Shown here: positions 48,347 through 57,526 of the stretch, one piece after another
How the letters are laid out: each line of letters begins with the position of its first letter
How positions within the stretch are numbered: position 1 is the first letter of the stretch
Source: Candidatus Hydrogenedentota bacterium
GTDB taxonomy: Bacteria; Hydrogenedentota; Hydrogenedentia; Hydrogenedentales; SLHB01
Reading direction: 5' to 3'
Length of the DNA: 64,000 nt
Assembly: GCA_963668025.2 (NCBI GenBank)
Contig: CAXXTH010000017.1
Location: 1,504,001 to 1,568,000, forward strand
Position numbers and translations under genes: made by a program
Notes under the pieces: generated by a model
What the model saw: the letters and a program-made list of their open reading frames with translations, nothing else
What the model was told of the DNA's origin: nothing
The model's database searches: none

Positions 48347-49162
48347 ATGAGCGGTTGCCAACATATGCCGCTAGGCGGAAAAAAGCAGAGCGGGTTCACA
48401 CTTCTCGAACTGAGCTTGGTGGTGCTGGTCATGGGCGTGATCATGGCGATTGTGGGTCCACGCATGCTGCCGGCTATTCTGTTCAGCGGCCTGGACGGTT
48501 CCGCGCGGCATCTAACGGGTTATGGCCGGTCTTTGTTAGCCTATTGCGCAATCGAACAGCAGATGGTGACATTCCATGTGGACCTCGATAACGGGGAATA
48601 CTGGACGGAACGCTGGGTGCTCGAGGACGAGACCGTGGATGATGAGGATTTCGGAGGCGGCCTGGATTCCGATGACGGCACCTATCATTCATCCAGTTCG
48701 GGCTACTCGAATTCATATACATCCGAAAAAGATTTGGAACAGCAGATGGATGCGCTGGGTGACCAGATGCAGACGCGTTTTGAACGATTCATGAAAATGT
48801 CCATCGAGTCGAAGGCCCGCAACCTCAGCAAGAATGAAGACAGCATCTTGTCTGATGTGGGCCCGCTATTCGAGAAACAATTCAGTTTGGACTGGGAAGA
48901 CACCCAATATGTGGAAGTCAAGACGGATTTGTTATCGAGGGTGGTGCTCCCGGAAGACATCCACATTGTGCGGATGAGGGTAGGCAGCGAGGAATACACC
49001 AACGGCGAGGTTACGGTGGATGCCTCGGGCCTGGGGTTTGATGGCACCGTGGAATTTGTTTTGCAAGCGGGTGAGGATCGGTACTACACGGTGGTGTGGG
49101 ATGCCGTGACGGGTACGCCGCGCATGTTCGAAGGCCTCTCGGGCAGCGAGGATGGGTGGTGA
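48347..49162 (+). CDS. gspH: Minor pseudopilin GspH-like
   Basis: SGFTLLELSLV prepilin motif; position after gspG. Confidence 0.75.
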   Translation: MSGCQHMPLGGKKQSGFTLLELSLVVLVMGVIMAIVGPRMLPAILFSGLDGSARHLTGYGRSLLAYCAIEQQMVTFHVDLDNGEYWTERWVLEDETVDDEDFGGGLDSDDGTYHSSSSGYSNSYTSEKDLEQQMDALGDQMQTRFERFMKMSIESKARNLSKNEDSILSDVGPLFEKQFSLDWEDTQYVEVKTDLLSRVVLPEDIHIVRMRVGSEEYTNGEVTVDASGLGFDGTVEFVLQAGEDRYYTVVWDAVTGTPRMFEGLSGSEDGW

Positions 49163-49164
49163 GC

Positions 49165-49623
49165 ATGCCGTGCAGCGCCCGAACTATCCGTTTCCCCCAC
49201 GGATTCACATCCGCCGCTCGTATGCGCGGCGGCTCCGCGGGCTTCACGCTCATGGAGATCATGGTCGCGGTGGCCATCCTGGGTTCGGCGGTGTTTGTAT
49301 TGCTCGAGGCGCATTACGGCGCGATACAGCTCTTCAATAAAAGTGAAGAGCTCGTGACGCTCCGGGAATTGGTGTCGCGCGCGGTGGGCATCACCCAGCT
49401 CGATGTGCTGATCGGCCAAACGAGCGGCAATGGCGATTTTGGCGAACGCTATCCTGATTACACCTATGAATATACCGTGGAAGATTATTCAGAAGACTCA
49501 GACACCCTGAAGGTGGTTCAAGTGGTGGTGGCGGGGCCAGAATCGGAATACACCACCAGTTTCCTTATGTATGTTGCATCGACTTCGACGTCGGACGAAG
49601 ACTCGTCAGGCACTACGTCATAA
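49165..49623 (+). CDS. gspI: Minor pseudopilin GspI-like
   Basis: AGFTLMEIMVAVAILG; start may be 49222. Confidence 0.78.
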   Translation: MPCSARTIRFPHGFTSAARMRGGSAGFTLMEIMVAVAILGSAVFVLLEAHYGAIQLFNKSEELVTLRELVSRAVGITQLDVLIGQTSGNGDFGERYPDYTYEYTVEDYSEDSDTLKVVQVVVAGPESEYTTSFLMYVASTSTSDEDSSGTTS

Positions 49624-49694
49624 GGGGATTTTTAAAAGTGGAGCAGGCAAGCCAAAACAAGGAAATGCCAGTGAAATACACCAAAGAAAACAAG

Positions 49695-49780
49695 AAAGCG
49701 GTAGCAAGCTACCGCACCCCACATGCGCTCTAACTCCTTTTTGTGGAACTATTTGGAGTGCGGCAGCTTGCTGCCGCTTT
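49695..49780. repeat. Inverted pair of GGAG-type REPs
   Basis: AAAGCGGTAGCAAGCTACCGCACCCCA ... TGGAGTGCGGCAGCTTGCTGCCGCTTT; related copy near 61405-61431. Confidence 0.7.
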
Positions 49781-49883
49781 TGGGTGCGGATTTCGTTTGA
49801 ATGCCCGTTTTCGGTTTTATGGCGACGTAGATTCACACGGGGCGCATTTTTGGAAGGCCCCATAAGCGGGAGGGTGATAGGCA

Positions 49884-50825
49884 ATGCGGCTGCGCAGGCG
49901 CTTGGCGAAACGAACGGGACAAGGCCCGCTCGTGCGTGCGCATGGTTTCACGCTGCTGGAATTGCTGCTGAGCGTCAGTATTTTACTGGTGGTGACGGCG
50001 ATTGTTTATGCATCCTTCGCGAGCGTTACATCAAGTGCGTCGGCCACGCGTGAAAAATTGGAGGAGATGCGGCTGCGCGAGTTTCTGGTGCATGGCATTG
50101 AGGCGAACTTAGCGGCGGTATATGTGGATGCCGATTTCAAAAAAGAAGAGCTGCAACTGGTGGGCGTGGATGATGACACGCTGGATGGGCCGCGCGATAC
50201 GCTGCGCTTCTGCACGACAGCGCCCGTGATGGGCGGCTTGGCGCTTCCAGGCGATGTGAAGGAAGTGCGGTATGAAGTGCTCGATCCAGATTCATCGAGC
50301 ATGGAATTGTCATGGGACTCGCTTCCGTCGGAACTCGCGAATACCGAGGTCCCGCTGCTGGTTGCCGAAGAGCGGCCCTTGTCGGAGGAGGATCTGGATA
50401 CGCTCGATACGAGCGCAAGCCTTCTCGAGTCCGTGGACACGTATGACACGCCGTATTGGACCGTACCCGTGTGGTCGCTGGATTTCGCCTATTTTGATGG
50501 CTCGAACTGGCTGGACGAATGGGATTCGATTGACCAGAAACAGCTCCCTTGGGCCATACGAGTCCGGGTGAATTTCGCCCGGACGGATGAACAAGTGCGG
50601 CAAGAAAAGAGCAATGGATTGGATATCGTGGAAGACCCGGATTTGGAGCTTATCGTGCCGATTCAAATAGGGATGGGTTCGTCCGCCTCGGCCGAAAGCG
50701 ATGATTCCAGCTCGGATGATAGCGATTCGGGCTCTTCTGATGATGATAACAAGGATGATAGTTCGTCGAAGAGTTCCCAGGGTGAATACAAGCAAGGCGA
50801 ATCCAACTCGAGGGCGGGGGATTAG
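49884..50825 (+). CDS. gspJ: Minor pseudopilin GspJ
   Basis: HGFTLLELLLSV; FAYFDGSNWLDEWDS...LPWAIRV. Confidence 0.85.
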   Translation: MRLRRRLAKRTGQGPLVRAHGFTLLELLLSVSILLVVTAIVYASFASVTSSASATREKLEEMRLREFLVHGIEANLAAVYVDADFKKEELQLVGVDDDTLDGPRDTLRFCTTAPVMGGLALPGDVKEVRYEVLDPDSSSMELSWDSLPSELANTEVPLLVAEERPLSEEDLDTLDTSASLLESVDTYDTPYWTVPVWSLDFAYFDGSNWLDEWDSIDQKQLPWAIRVRVNFARTDEQVRQEKSNGLDIVEDPDLELIVPIQIGMGSSASAESDDSSSDDSDSGSSDDDNKDDSSSKSSQGEYKQGESNSRAGD

Positions 50826-50827
50826 CC

Positions 50828-51946
50828 ATGGTGGCGCGGCGAAGAGAAGAAGGCATGGCGCTGCTGCTGGTGTTGCTGTTTTTGGCGCTGCTGTCGGCGC
50901 TGATCGTGGAATATATCTATGAAATTCGTGTCGATGCAGCGCTCGTGAGCAACCACATGGAGCAGATGGAAGCCGGATTGGCCGCGCAATCGGCGGTGGC
51001 GATGGGACTTTTTTTAATCGAGCAAGACGCCTCGAATACGGATGGGGAAAGTGGAACGGAGTTCGATGCGTTCACGGACGCATGGGCGGACGGAGTGAGC
51101 TTTCAGCAAACAGAACAAGGCGTATACCGTTGCACGATCGATGATGAATATGGAAAACTGAATCTTAACGCCTTGTTTAAAACGAGTTCTACCGGCGACA
51201 AATCGAAAGATGGTGAAAGCAGCGCATCGGGCGATGTAAAACGAAAAGCTTCGACCGAAGAGAGCAGCGAACAGACGGACAGCGGGGAAGAAAGCAAAGC
51301 TACTGCTACTCAGGAGCCCAATGAGCAGGTCGTGGAGACCTTGCGGGCGTTGTTGATCGCGCGGGGAGTGGAGCAGGATCCGCTGGATGCTATTCTGGAT
51401 TGGATCGACACCGATGACGATGTGCGGGAGAATGGAGCGGAGCAAGCGGATTACGATGCCGCCAGTGTGCCGATTCTATGCAAAAACGGCGCCATGGAAT
51501 CCGTCGAGGAACTACTCTTGATCCCGGGAATCACGACGGCGATATTCTTCGGTGATCCCGACAATGATGAGGTTCCGCTGACGGAACTGCTGACCGTGAA
51601 TGGAGATTCGAAAGGCCGGATAAACGTGAATACGGCGGAGCCGGAGCTATTGGATGCGCTGGGAGAAGTGCTGGGGCGTTCAGGGCTTGCGAATATCGTG
51701 GTGCGGCAGCGGGAGGATTCCGTCTTTCAAACCACCGATGAACTCGAATCGAGGGGCGTGCTGGAAGCCTCTTCATCGGGCGAGGGAGAAGCTTCCACTC
51801 CCTTCATTGTCGCGGGAGGGGTATTTCGTATATATGGCGACGGCATGTCGGGAGATAGCAAAGTACGCATCGAGACCTATGTGCAGCGCGGCAGCGGGCA
51901 AGAGGCGGCGACCCTCAAGCTGATTAACTGGAGAGTGTTTCAATGA
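50828..51946 (+). CDS. gspK: Minor pseudopilin GspK
   Basis: EGMALLLVL (no Glu5), DEYGKLNLN, AILDWID, EELLLIPGI, INVNTA. Confidence 0.9.
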   Translation: MVARRREEGMALLLVLLFLALLSALIVEYIYEIRVDAALVSNHMEQMEAGLAAQSAVAMGLFLIEQDASNTDGESGTEFDAFTDAWADGVSFQQTEQGVYRCTIDDEYGKLNLNALFKTSSTGDKSKDGESSASGDVKRKASTEESSEQTDSGEESKATATQEPNEQVVETLRALLIARGVEQDPLDAILDWIDTDDDVRENGAEQADYDAASVPILCKNGAMESVEELLLIPGITTAIFFGDPDNDEVPLTELLTVNGDSKGRINVNTAEPELLDALGEVLGRSGLANIVVRQREDSVFQTTDELESRGVLEASSSGEGEASTPFIVAGGVFRIYGDGMSGDSKVRIETYVQRGSGQEAATLKLINWRVFQ

Positions 51947-53517
51947 AGCTTTCTGCAAAAATTGCAGCCATCGAGTATGCCGGAGATGACGTGCGCGTCG
52001 CGGTGGTAAAGACGGGGGGCCGAAGGCCGGAGCTTTTGCAAGGGATAGTCCGGCGGGCGGTCTATGACGATGAAGCGCATCGCCAGGATGCCTTGAGCCA
52101 GGCCACACGCGATGCGGTCTATGAGCTTCATGCCCATCCGAATGCCTTTGTGCTATGCGCCGATAGCCGGAATTGCGTCGTGCGCTCGATCATGATTCCC
52201 CTGCGTGGGCGCGGAAAAGTCGCGTCGGCGGTCCAATTTGAACTAGAGCCGTTCCTGGCGTTCCCAATTGAAGAATTGGTGGTGGACCATAGCATCATCC
52301 GGGAAGTGGAGGGGCAGACGGAAGTGCTGGCCGTGGGGATGCGCAAAACGGCTGTGGAAGAACAGCTCACGCTCACTCGTTCGGCTGGCGTGGATCCAGA
52401 AGGTGTCGGCATTGATGCCGCAGGCTTGGTGGGCCTGTATTTATTGCATGTCGGCAATGTGAAAGGATTGCACGCCTATTTGCATGTGCGCGAAGGGGGC
52501 GGCGTTCTGGCTTTGCTGGATGGGCGGACATTGCTGTTTTTCCGGCATGTTTCGGTGGAACCGGCCACATTCCGAAATGATCCCGCGAGTGGGGCGCGCG
52601 AAGTGAGCAATTTCATACGCGCATTCCTGTCGACATGGCCGACGGATAAGCCGCTGCTCAGCTTGTCAGTATCGGGCATCGAGGCGGGTGTGGAACCGGA
52701 ATCGCTGGCGCGGCTGGAAGAGCATCTCGGTGTCCCCGTGCAATCCATCGCACTGATGGACAAGGTAAAAGGAGTACAGCGGTCCCAGAGCGGGAAGAAA
52801 AAACTCCCGGCGCGAGGCGCTGAAACGTCCGGTGAGGTGCGTTCGGAGCCGGTCGAGATCGGTCCTGATGCGGCTTGCTTGGCGTCGGCGGCAGGTGTCG
52901 CGTTAGGCGCGGCTGGCGGCGGGCCCGCGTTTGATTTCCGGAAAGGCGAATTGGCCCAGCGAGCGCCATGGCGTGTCGTGCTGGCGCATGGCGTATTCAC
53001 GCTCTTCTTGCTGCTTTGTTTGGCTGCGGTAGGGATAGGATATGGGTTTATCGATTATCGGAGCAATCAGCGGGCTCTCGATAATGCGGGGAAGCAAATT
53101 TGGGAATTATATAAAAACTCTTTTCCGGATTCGGAATTGGCCAAAGGCGAACGGCCTGCCCAGGATGTAGGCGGCATCCTCACCATGCAGGCGTTTCAAG
53201 AACAATATGAAGCCTACCAGAAAATCGGAGCGGGATTTGATCCGCAGTTGCTGTTACGGCCTACGCTGTTGGATCTGCTGGAAGACATCAGCAAACGGAT
53301 GTCAGCGGAGAAAGTGGCGCTGACCGACCTGATCATTCGCGCAAGCCGTGAGAAAAGCCAGCAGGTGACCATCATAGGTGAATTGAAAGATCCGGTGGCT
53401 GGCCGCCAGGAAATCGAGAAGCTTCGGGAATCACCTTTGCTCACCATTACGGGAGAGCCGTTGGTGACGACAAATCAAGATGGCAAAACCACTTTTACCG
53501 TTACGGCGAAGACCTGA
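51943..53517 (+). CDS. gspL: GspL/PilM-PilN-like inner membrane protein
   Basis: Actin-like cytoplasmic domain (FELEPFLAFPIEELVVD), FDFRKGE, single TM, periplasmic domain. Confidence 0.78.
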   Translation: MKLSAKIAAIEYAGDDVRVAVVKTGGRRPELLQGIVRRAVYDDEAHRQDALSQATRDAVYELHAHPNAFVLCADSRNCVVRSIMIPLRGRGKVASAVQFELEPFLAFPIEELVVDHSIIREVEGQTEVLAVGMRKTAVEEQLTLTRSAGVDPEGVGIDAAGLVGLYLLHVGNVKGLHAYLHVREGGGVLALLDGRTLLFFRHVSVEPATFRNDPASGAREVSNFIRAFLSTWPTDKPLLSLSVSGIEAGVEPESLARLEEHLGVPVQSIALMDKVKGVQRSQSGKKKLPARGAETSGEVRSEPVEIGPDAACLASAAGVALGAAGGGPAFDFRKGELAQRAPWRVVLAHGVFTLFLLLCLAAVGIGYGFIDYRSNQRALDNAGKQIWELYKNSFPDSELAKGERPAQDVGGILTMQAFQEQYEAYQKIGAGFDPQLLLRPTLLDLLEDISKRMSAEKVALTDLIIRASREKSQQVTIIGELKDPVAGRQEIEKLRESPLLTITGEPLVTTNQDGKTTFTVTAKT

Positions 53518-53556
53518 ACAAGCATGCCGCGTTGAGCGGCCCGAGGAGAACATGCG

Positions 53557-54069
53557 GTGGGATTGCAGCGACTAGAAAAACGCGAACGGACGGTTTTAGC
53601 CGTAGGTGCGTTGGCGGCCGTGCTATTGCTGGGCTTTTGGCTAATACAGGGCCCCATGGAAATGTATAAACGGAGCAAAGCCCAGCTAACGCTGGTTCAA
53701 ACTAATCTACAGCAGGCCGAGAAAATAGCGGAAACCATCCAGGCGGCGCGAAAAGGCCGGGAGGCGGTGGACAAACTTATCGCCGTACGGGGCGCTTCTT
53801 ATAATTTGTATACCGCCATTTATCGAGCCGTGCAATCCGTGGGAATGACCGACCGGGCAGTTATCACGAGCATACCAAAAGAAATGACGGGCGCTTCCGC
53901 AGTGCGCTTGACCCTGAATGGCGTCAGCATGGAAGAACTCGTGGACTTGCTTTATGGTATTCAATCCGCGGATAAATTGGTTGTATTGCATGAAGTAACC
54001 CACCTCCAGCCTTCCAAGGATGGAAAAGGTTTGGAATGTAACTTGGTCTTGGTGACGCCTACCGCTTGA
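53557..54069 (+). CDS. gspM: GspM-like protein
   Basis: LEKRER then TM; LNGVSMEELVDLLYGI. Confidence 0.75.
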   Translation: MGLQRLEKRERTVLAVGALAAVLLLGFWLIQGPMEMYKRSKAQLTLVQTNLQQAEKIAETIQAARKGREAVDKLIAVRGASYNLYTAIYRAVQSVGMTDRAVITSIPKEMTGASAVRLTLNGVSMEELVDLLYGIQSADKLVVLHEVTHLQPSKDGKGLECNLVLVTPTA

Positions 54070-54385
54070 CGCCGGGCTGGTTTTGGAGCGCCTATTTAAA
54101 CGCTGCGTTGCAGTAGCGCGCTCATGATGGCCATTGAGCATGGCGCCTCTTTGGCTTTCAATAGTCAGTGAACCCGTGCGGCTTGACTTTCCCCGCGTTC
54201 TCAGTAAGAATGGGATGTTGCCCTTGCCCTGCCTGGCCTAAGGGGTGAAGCGCCATGGTTTTCGGGGCGTATCGAGCCGAAGAGTAGGCCGCCATGACGC
54301 CGAAGGCAGATGAAGGGGCGGGATATTTAGTTGACTTCGAAGTCGATAAGTCTAGTATTATCAAGACCATATAGCAGTATTTACA

Positions 54386-54415
54386 TTGACAAAGTGAATC
54401 CCTATTTGGTACATT
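54386..54415 (+). promoter_or_regulatory. Sigma-70-type promoter for the pilus cluster
   Basis: TTGACA-18 bp-TACATT with TGn; further TTGACT boxes at 54183 and 54331. Confidence 0.5.
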
Positions 54416-54457
54416 GTGGTTGGGCCTACTCGAAAGGGTTCTAACGTGGTGCAATCG

Positions 54458-56296
54458 ATGTATAAGCGATTTGGTGAGTTGCTTGTGGAGCGTGCGGTTA
54501 TCTCGCAACTGCAACTAGATGAAGCGTTGCACAAGCAAAAGATCGCGAAAACCCATCGCCGAATAGGCGAAGTGTTGATGAAGCTGGGTTACATCAGTAA
54601 AAACCACATCATCGAGTGTTTGTCCATCCAGCTCGGTATTCCCATCGTAAAGCTCTCTGACCGTGAAATCTCCGAACGCACCCGCAATCTGGTTGATCCA
54701 AACATTGCCACATTATACCGGGTGATCCCTGTTGAAGAGCGGGGCCGCACGATCGTGCTGGCCATGGAAGACCCCACCAACATTAACAATCTGGACAATC
54801 TTTCCCGGTTGCTGGATCGGACGGTCGAGCCGGTGCTCACGACGCAGGAAGAGATCAAAACGGCGCTGACAAAATACTACGGCCTCGTCGAACAAAGCGT
54901 CGAGGGCATCTTATCCTCCATGAGCAGCGCCAACACGATGAGTACGTTAAGTAGCATGTCGAATATCGCTTCCATGAGCGCGGAGTTATCCGTCGGCGCG
55001 GATATCGACCTAGACGATCTGGAAGGGGATGGGCTAGACAGCGGCGGCGACGGGAATTTATTGGACGATGATGAGGATATGAATAGCCCCGTGGTGCGTT
55101 ATGTACACCGGCTCATATCCGAAGCCTTCCGCTTGCGGGCGAGTGATATTCATATCGAACCAGGAAAGCTGGATTTAAAGGTGCGGTACCGCATTGACGG
55201 CGTGCTGCATCAAATGAAGCGCCCTCCCAAGCGCGCGCAGGCGGCGATTATTTCCCGCCTGAAAATTATGTCGGGCATGGACATCGCGGAACGGCGCATT
55301 CCCCAAGACGGACGTATCAAAATACCGGTTTCGGGCAAAATGCTCGATTTACGTGTAAGCTGCCTGCCGTCCGTATATGGCGAGACGGTCGTGATGCGTA
55401 TTCTGGATAAATCCGGGCTGACGCTAGGATTGGGGCAGCTCGGTTTTTGTGCGGAACACCAAAAGACATGGGAAGAGCTGCTAGGCCAAGGCACGGGCAT
55501 CATGCTGGTGACCGGTCCTACCGGTTCGGGTAAAACGACGACCCTGTATGCCTCGCTTCACAAACTAAACACGCCTGAAAACAAGCTGATTACCGTGGAA
55601 GATCCTGTCGAGTATATGATGGATGGGATCAACCAGGTGCAGATCAACCATGAAATTCAATGGACATTCGCCCGGGCGCTACGCGCCATTTTCCGTATGG
55701 ACCCGGATATCTGCATGGTGGGTGAAATCCGCGACTTGGAGACGGCGGAAATCGCCGTGCGCGCGGCTCTGACAGGGCATTTGGTGTTCTCTACCTTGCA
55801 CACGAATGATGCGCCGAGCGCGTTCATCCGCTTGATCGACATGGGCGTGAAGCCCTTCCTGGTGGCCTCCAGCGTCCGGGTGGTGCTGGCGCAGCGCTTG
55901 GTGCGCACCATCTGTACGAATTGCAAAGAGCCGCGCAAGCCCACGCAATTACAGATGGACCGGCTCATGCTTCCCGTGGATTCAAATCATGTAGAGCTGT
56001 TCGCGGGAGCGGGATGCGAGAATTGCGGTGGAACAGGATATCAAGGGCGGCTGGGTGTGTATGAGCTGCTGATGACGACCGATAATCTGCGCCGGATGAT
56101 CATGGAAGGTTCTTCCTCGGGCGTCCTTCGCCGGCAGGCGCGCGTAGAGGGAATGGTCACGCTGCGCGAGGATGCCTGGCAGAAGGCGCTCAATGGGATC
56201 ACCTCCATCGAGGAAGTGCTGCGCGTGACGCAAGCGGATGATCCGACCGTGAAGCGGGCCGTAGCGGCGGCCCCGTCGGAACTGGTGCCTGCATAA
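54458..56296 (+). CDS. pilB: PilB/GspE family assembly ATPase with MshEN-type N-terminus
   Basis: RFGELLV...Q / RIGEVL...Q; RASDIHIEP; [12 protein letters not shown]; MVGEIRD. Confidence 0.9.
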   Translation: MYKRFGELLVERAVISQLQLDEALHKQKIAKTHRRIGEVLMKLGYISKNHIIECLSIQLGIPIVKLSDREISERTRNLVDPNIATLYRVIPVEERGRTIVLAMEDPTNINNLDNLSRLLDRTVEPVLTTQEEIKTALTKYYGLVEQSVEGILSSMSSANTMSTLSSMSNIASMSAELSVGADIDLDDLEGDGLDSGGDGNLLDDDEDMNSPVVRYVHRLISEAFRLRASDIHIEPGKLDLKVRYRIDGVLHQMKRPPKRAQAAIISRLKIMSGMDIAERRIPQDGRIKIPVSGKMLDLRVSCLPSVYGETVVMRILDKSGLTLGLGQLGFCAEHQKTWEELLGQGTGIMLVTGPTGSGKTTTLYASLHKLNTPENKLITVEDPVEYMMDGINQVQINHEIQWTFARALRAIFRMDPDICMVGEIRDLETAEIAVRAALTGHLVFSTLHTNDAPSAFIRLIDMGVKPFLVASSVRVVLAQRLVRTICTNCKEPRKPTQLQMDRLMLPVDSNHVELFAGAGCENCGGTGYQGRLGVYELLMTTDNLRRMIMEGSSSGVLRRQARVEGMVTLREDAWQKALNGITSIEEVLRVTQADDPTVKRAVAAAPSELVPA

Positions 56297-56389
56297 GCAA
56301 ATAAAGGCCGCGCCAAGCCCGCTTTTGGGTGGGCGGGCAGGCGCGTGGCGGCGTTTGGTTGAGATGATTTGATCACAGGAGGTGTTTCC

Positions 56390-57517
56390 ATGGCCTACGA
56401 GATGGTTCCGCTGCTGCGGATGCTGATCGATCGGGAAGGTTCGGACTTGCATCTGGCGGTTGGGAATCCGCCGGTCGGGCGTGTGCATGGCCACTTGCAG
56501 TTTTTCGGCGAGGATGTGTTGAAGCCGGAGGACACAGAGCGCTTGATGAAAAGCATTGCTTCCGTGGACAACCAGCAGGAGCTTCAGGAAGTAGGAGGTT
56601 CGGACTTCGGGTTCGCCTTCGAAGACGTAGCCCGCTTCCGTGTGTCTATCTTCAAGCAGAAAGGCAATGTAGGGCTGGTTCTTCGCTTGATCCCGAACAA
56701 AATCATGTCGTTCGAGGAGATCGGCCTGCCGCAGAGCTTGAAGAGCGTTATTACCCAGCCGCGCGGATTGATCCTCGTGACAGGCCCGACGGGTTCCGGT
56801 AAAACAACCAGTCTCGCCACCATGTTGGACTATTTGAATATCTCTTTCGATAATCACATTATCACGATTGAAGACCCCATCGAGTATTACCATAAGCACA
56901 AAAAGAGCATTATCACTCAGCGCGAGGTAGGGGTGGATGTGCCGACTTTCCCGGAGGCGATCCGGCGCGCATTGCGCCAAGACCCGGATATCATCCTGGT
57001 GGGTGAAATGCGTGACTTGGAAACGATTGAATCCGCTGTTACGGCGGCTGAAACAGGCCACTTGGTGTTTGGCACGCTGCATACCACGGGCGCGGTGCGC
57101 ACCATTGACCGCCTTATCGACGCATTCCCGACGACCCAGCAGGAGCAGATCCGCACCCAGCTCGCCGGTAACCTGAAGTCGGTGATTTCCCAGACGCTGA
57201 TTCCGAAAAAGTCCGGTTTCGGTCGTGTGGCGGCGTTCGAGGTGATGATCACGACACCCGCCATCCAGAACCTAATCCGCGAGAACAAGTCGTATCGTAT
57301 TACATCGTCCATCCAAACCGGGCACAAGTATGGCATGTGCTTGCTGGATGAGCATTTGCTGGCATTATTCCGCCGCGGGGTGATCAAATACGAGGATGCC
57401 TTATCGCGCGCGCAGCAGCCGGATGAGTTTGAGACGAATGCGCGGCAATATGGCGCGGGCGGTGATGACAAAGGACAGGCGGGGCAGCCGCGCGTGAAAA
57501 CCGCGTTGGAATCATGA
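56390..57517 (+). CDS. pilT: Type IV pilus retraction ATPase
   Basis: [62 protein letters not shown]. Confidence 0.95.
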   Translation: MAYEMVPLLRMLIDREGSDLHLAVGNPPVGRVHGHLQFFGEDVLKPEDTERLMKSIASVDNQQELQEVGGSDFGFAFEDVARFRVSIFKQKGNVGLVLRLIPNKIMSFEEIGLPQSLKSVITQPRGLILVTGPTGSGKTTSLATMLDYLNISFDNHIITIEDPIEYYHKHKKSIITQREVGVDVPTFPEAIRRALRQDPDIILVGEMRDLETIESAVTAAETGHLVFGTLHTTGAVRTIDRLIDAFPTTQQEQIRTQLAGNLKSVISQTLIPKKSGFGRVAAFEVMITTPAIQNLIRENKSYRITSSIQTGHKYGMCLLDEHLLALFRRGVIKYEDALSRAQQPDEFETNARQYGAGGDDKGQAGQPRVKTALES

Positions 57518-57526
57518 GGTGGTTTG

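Noticed and set aside
54140-54157. Sigma-54-like site TGGCGCCTCTTTGGCT
   Set aside because: Poor match outside GG-N10-GC, and stronger sigma-70 boxes lie downstream.
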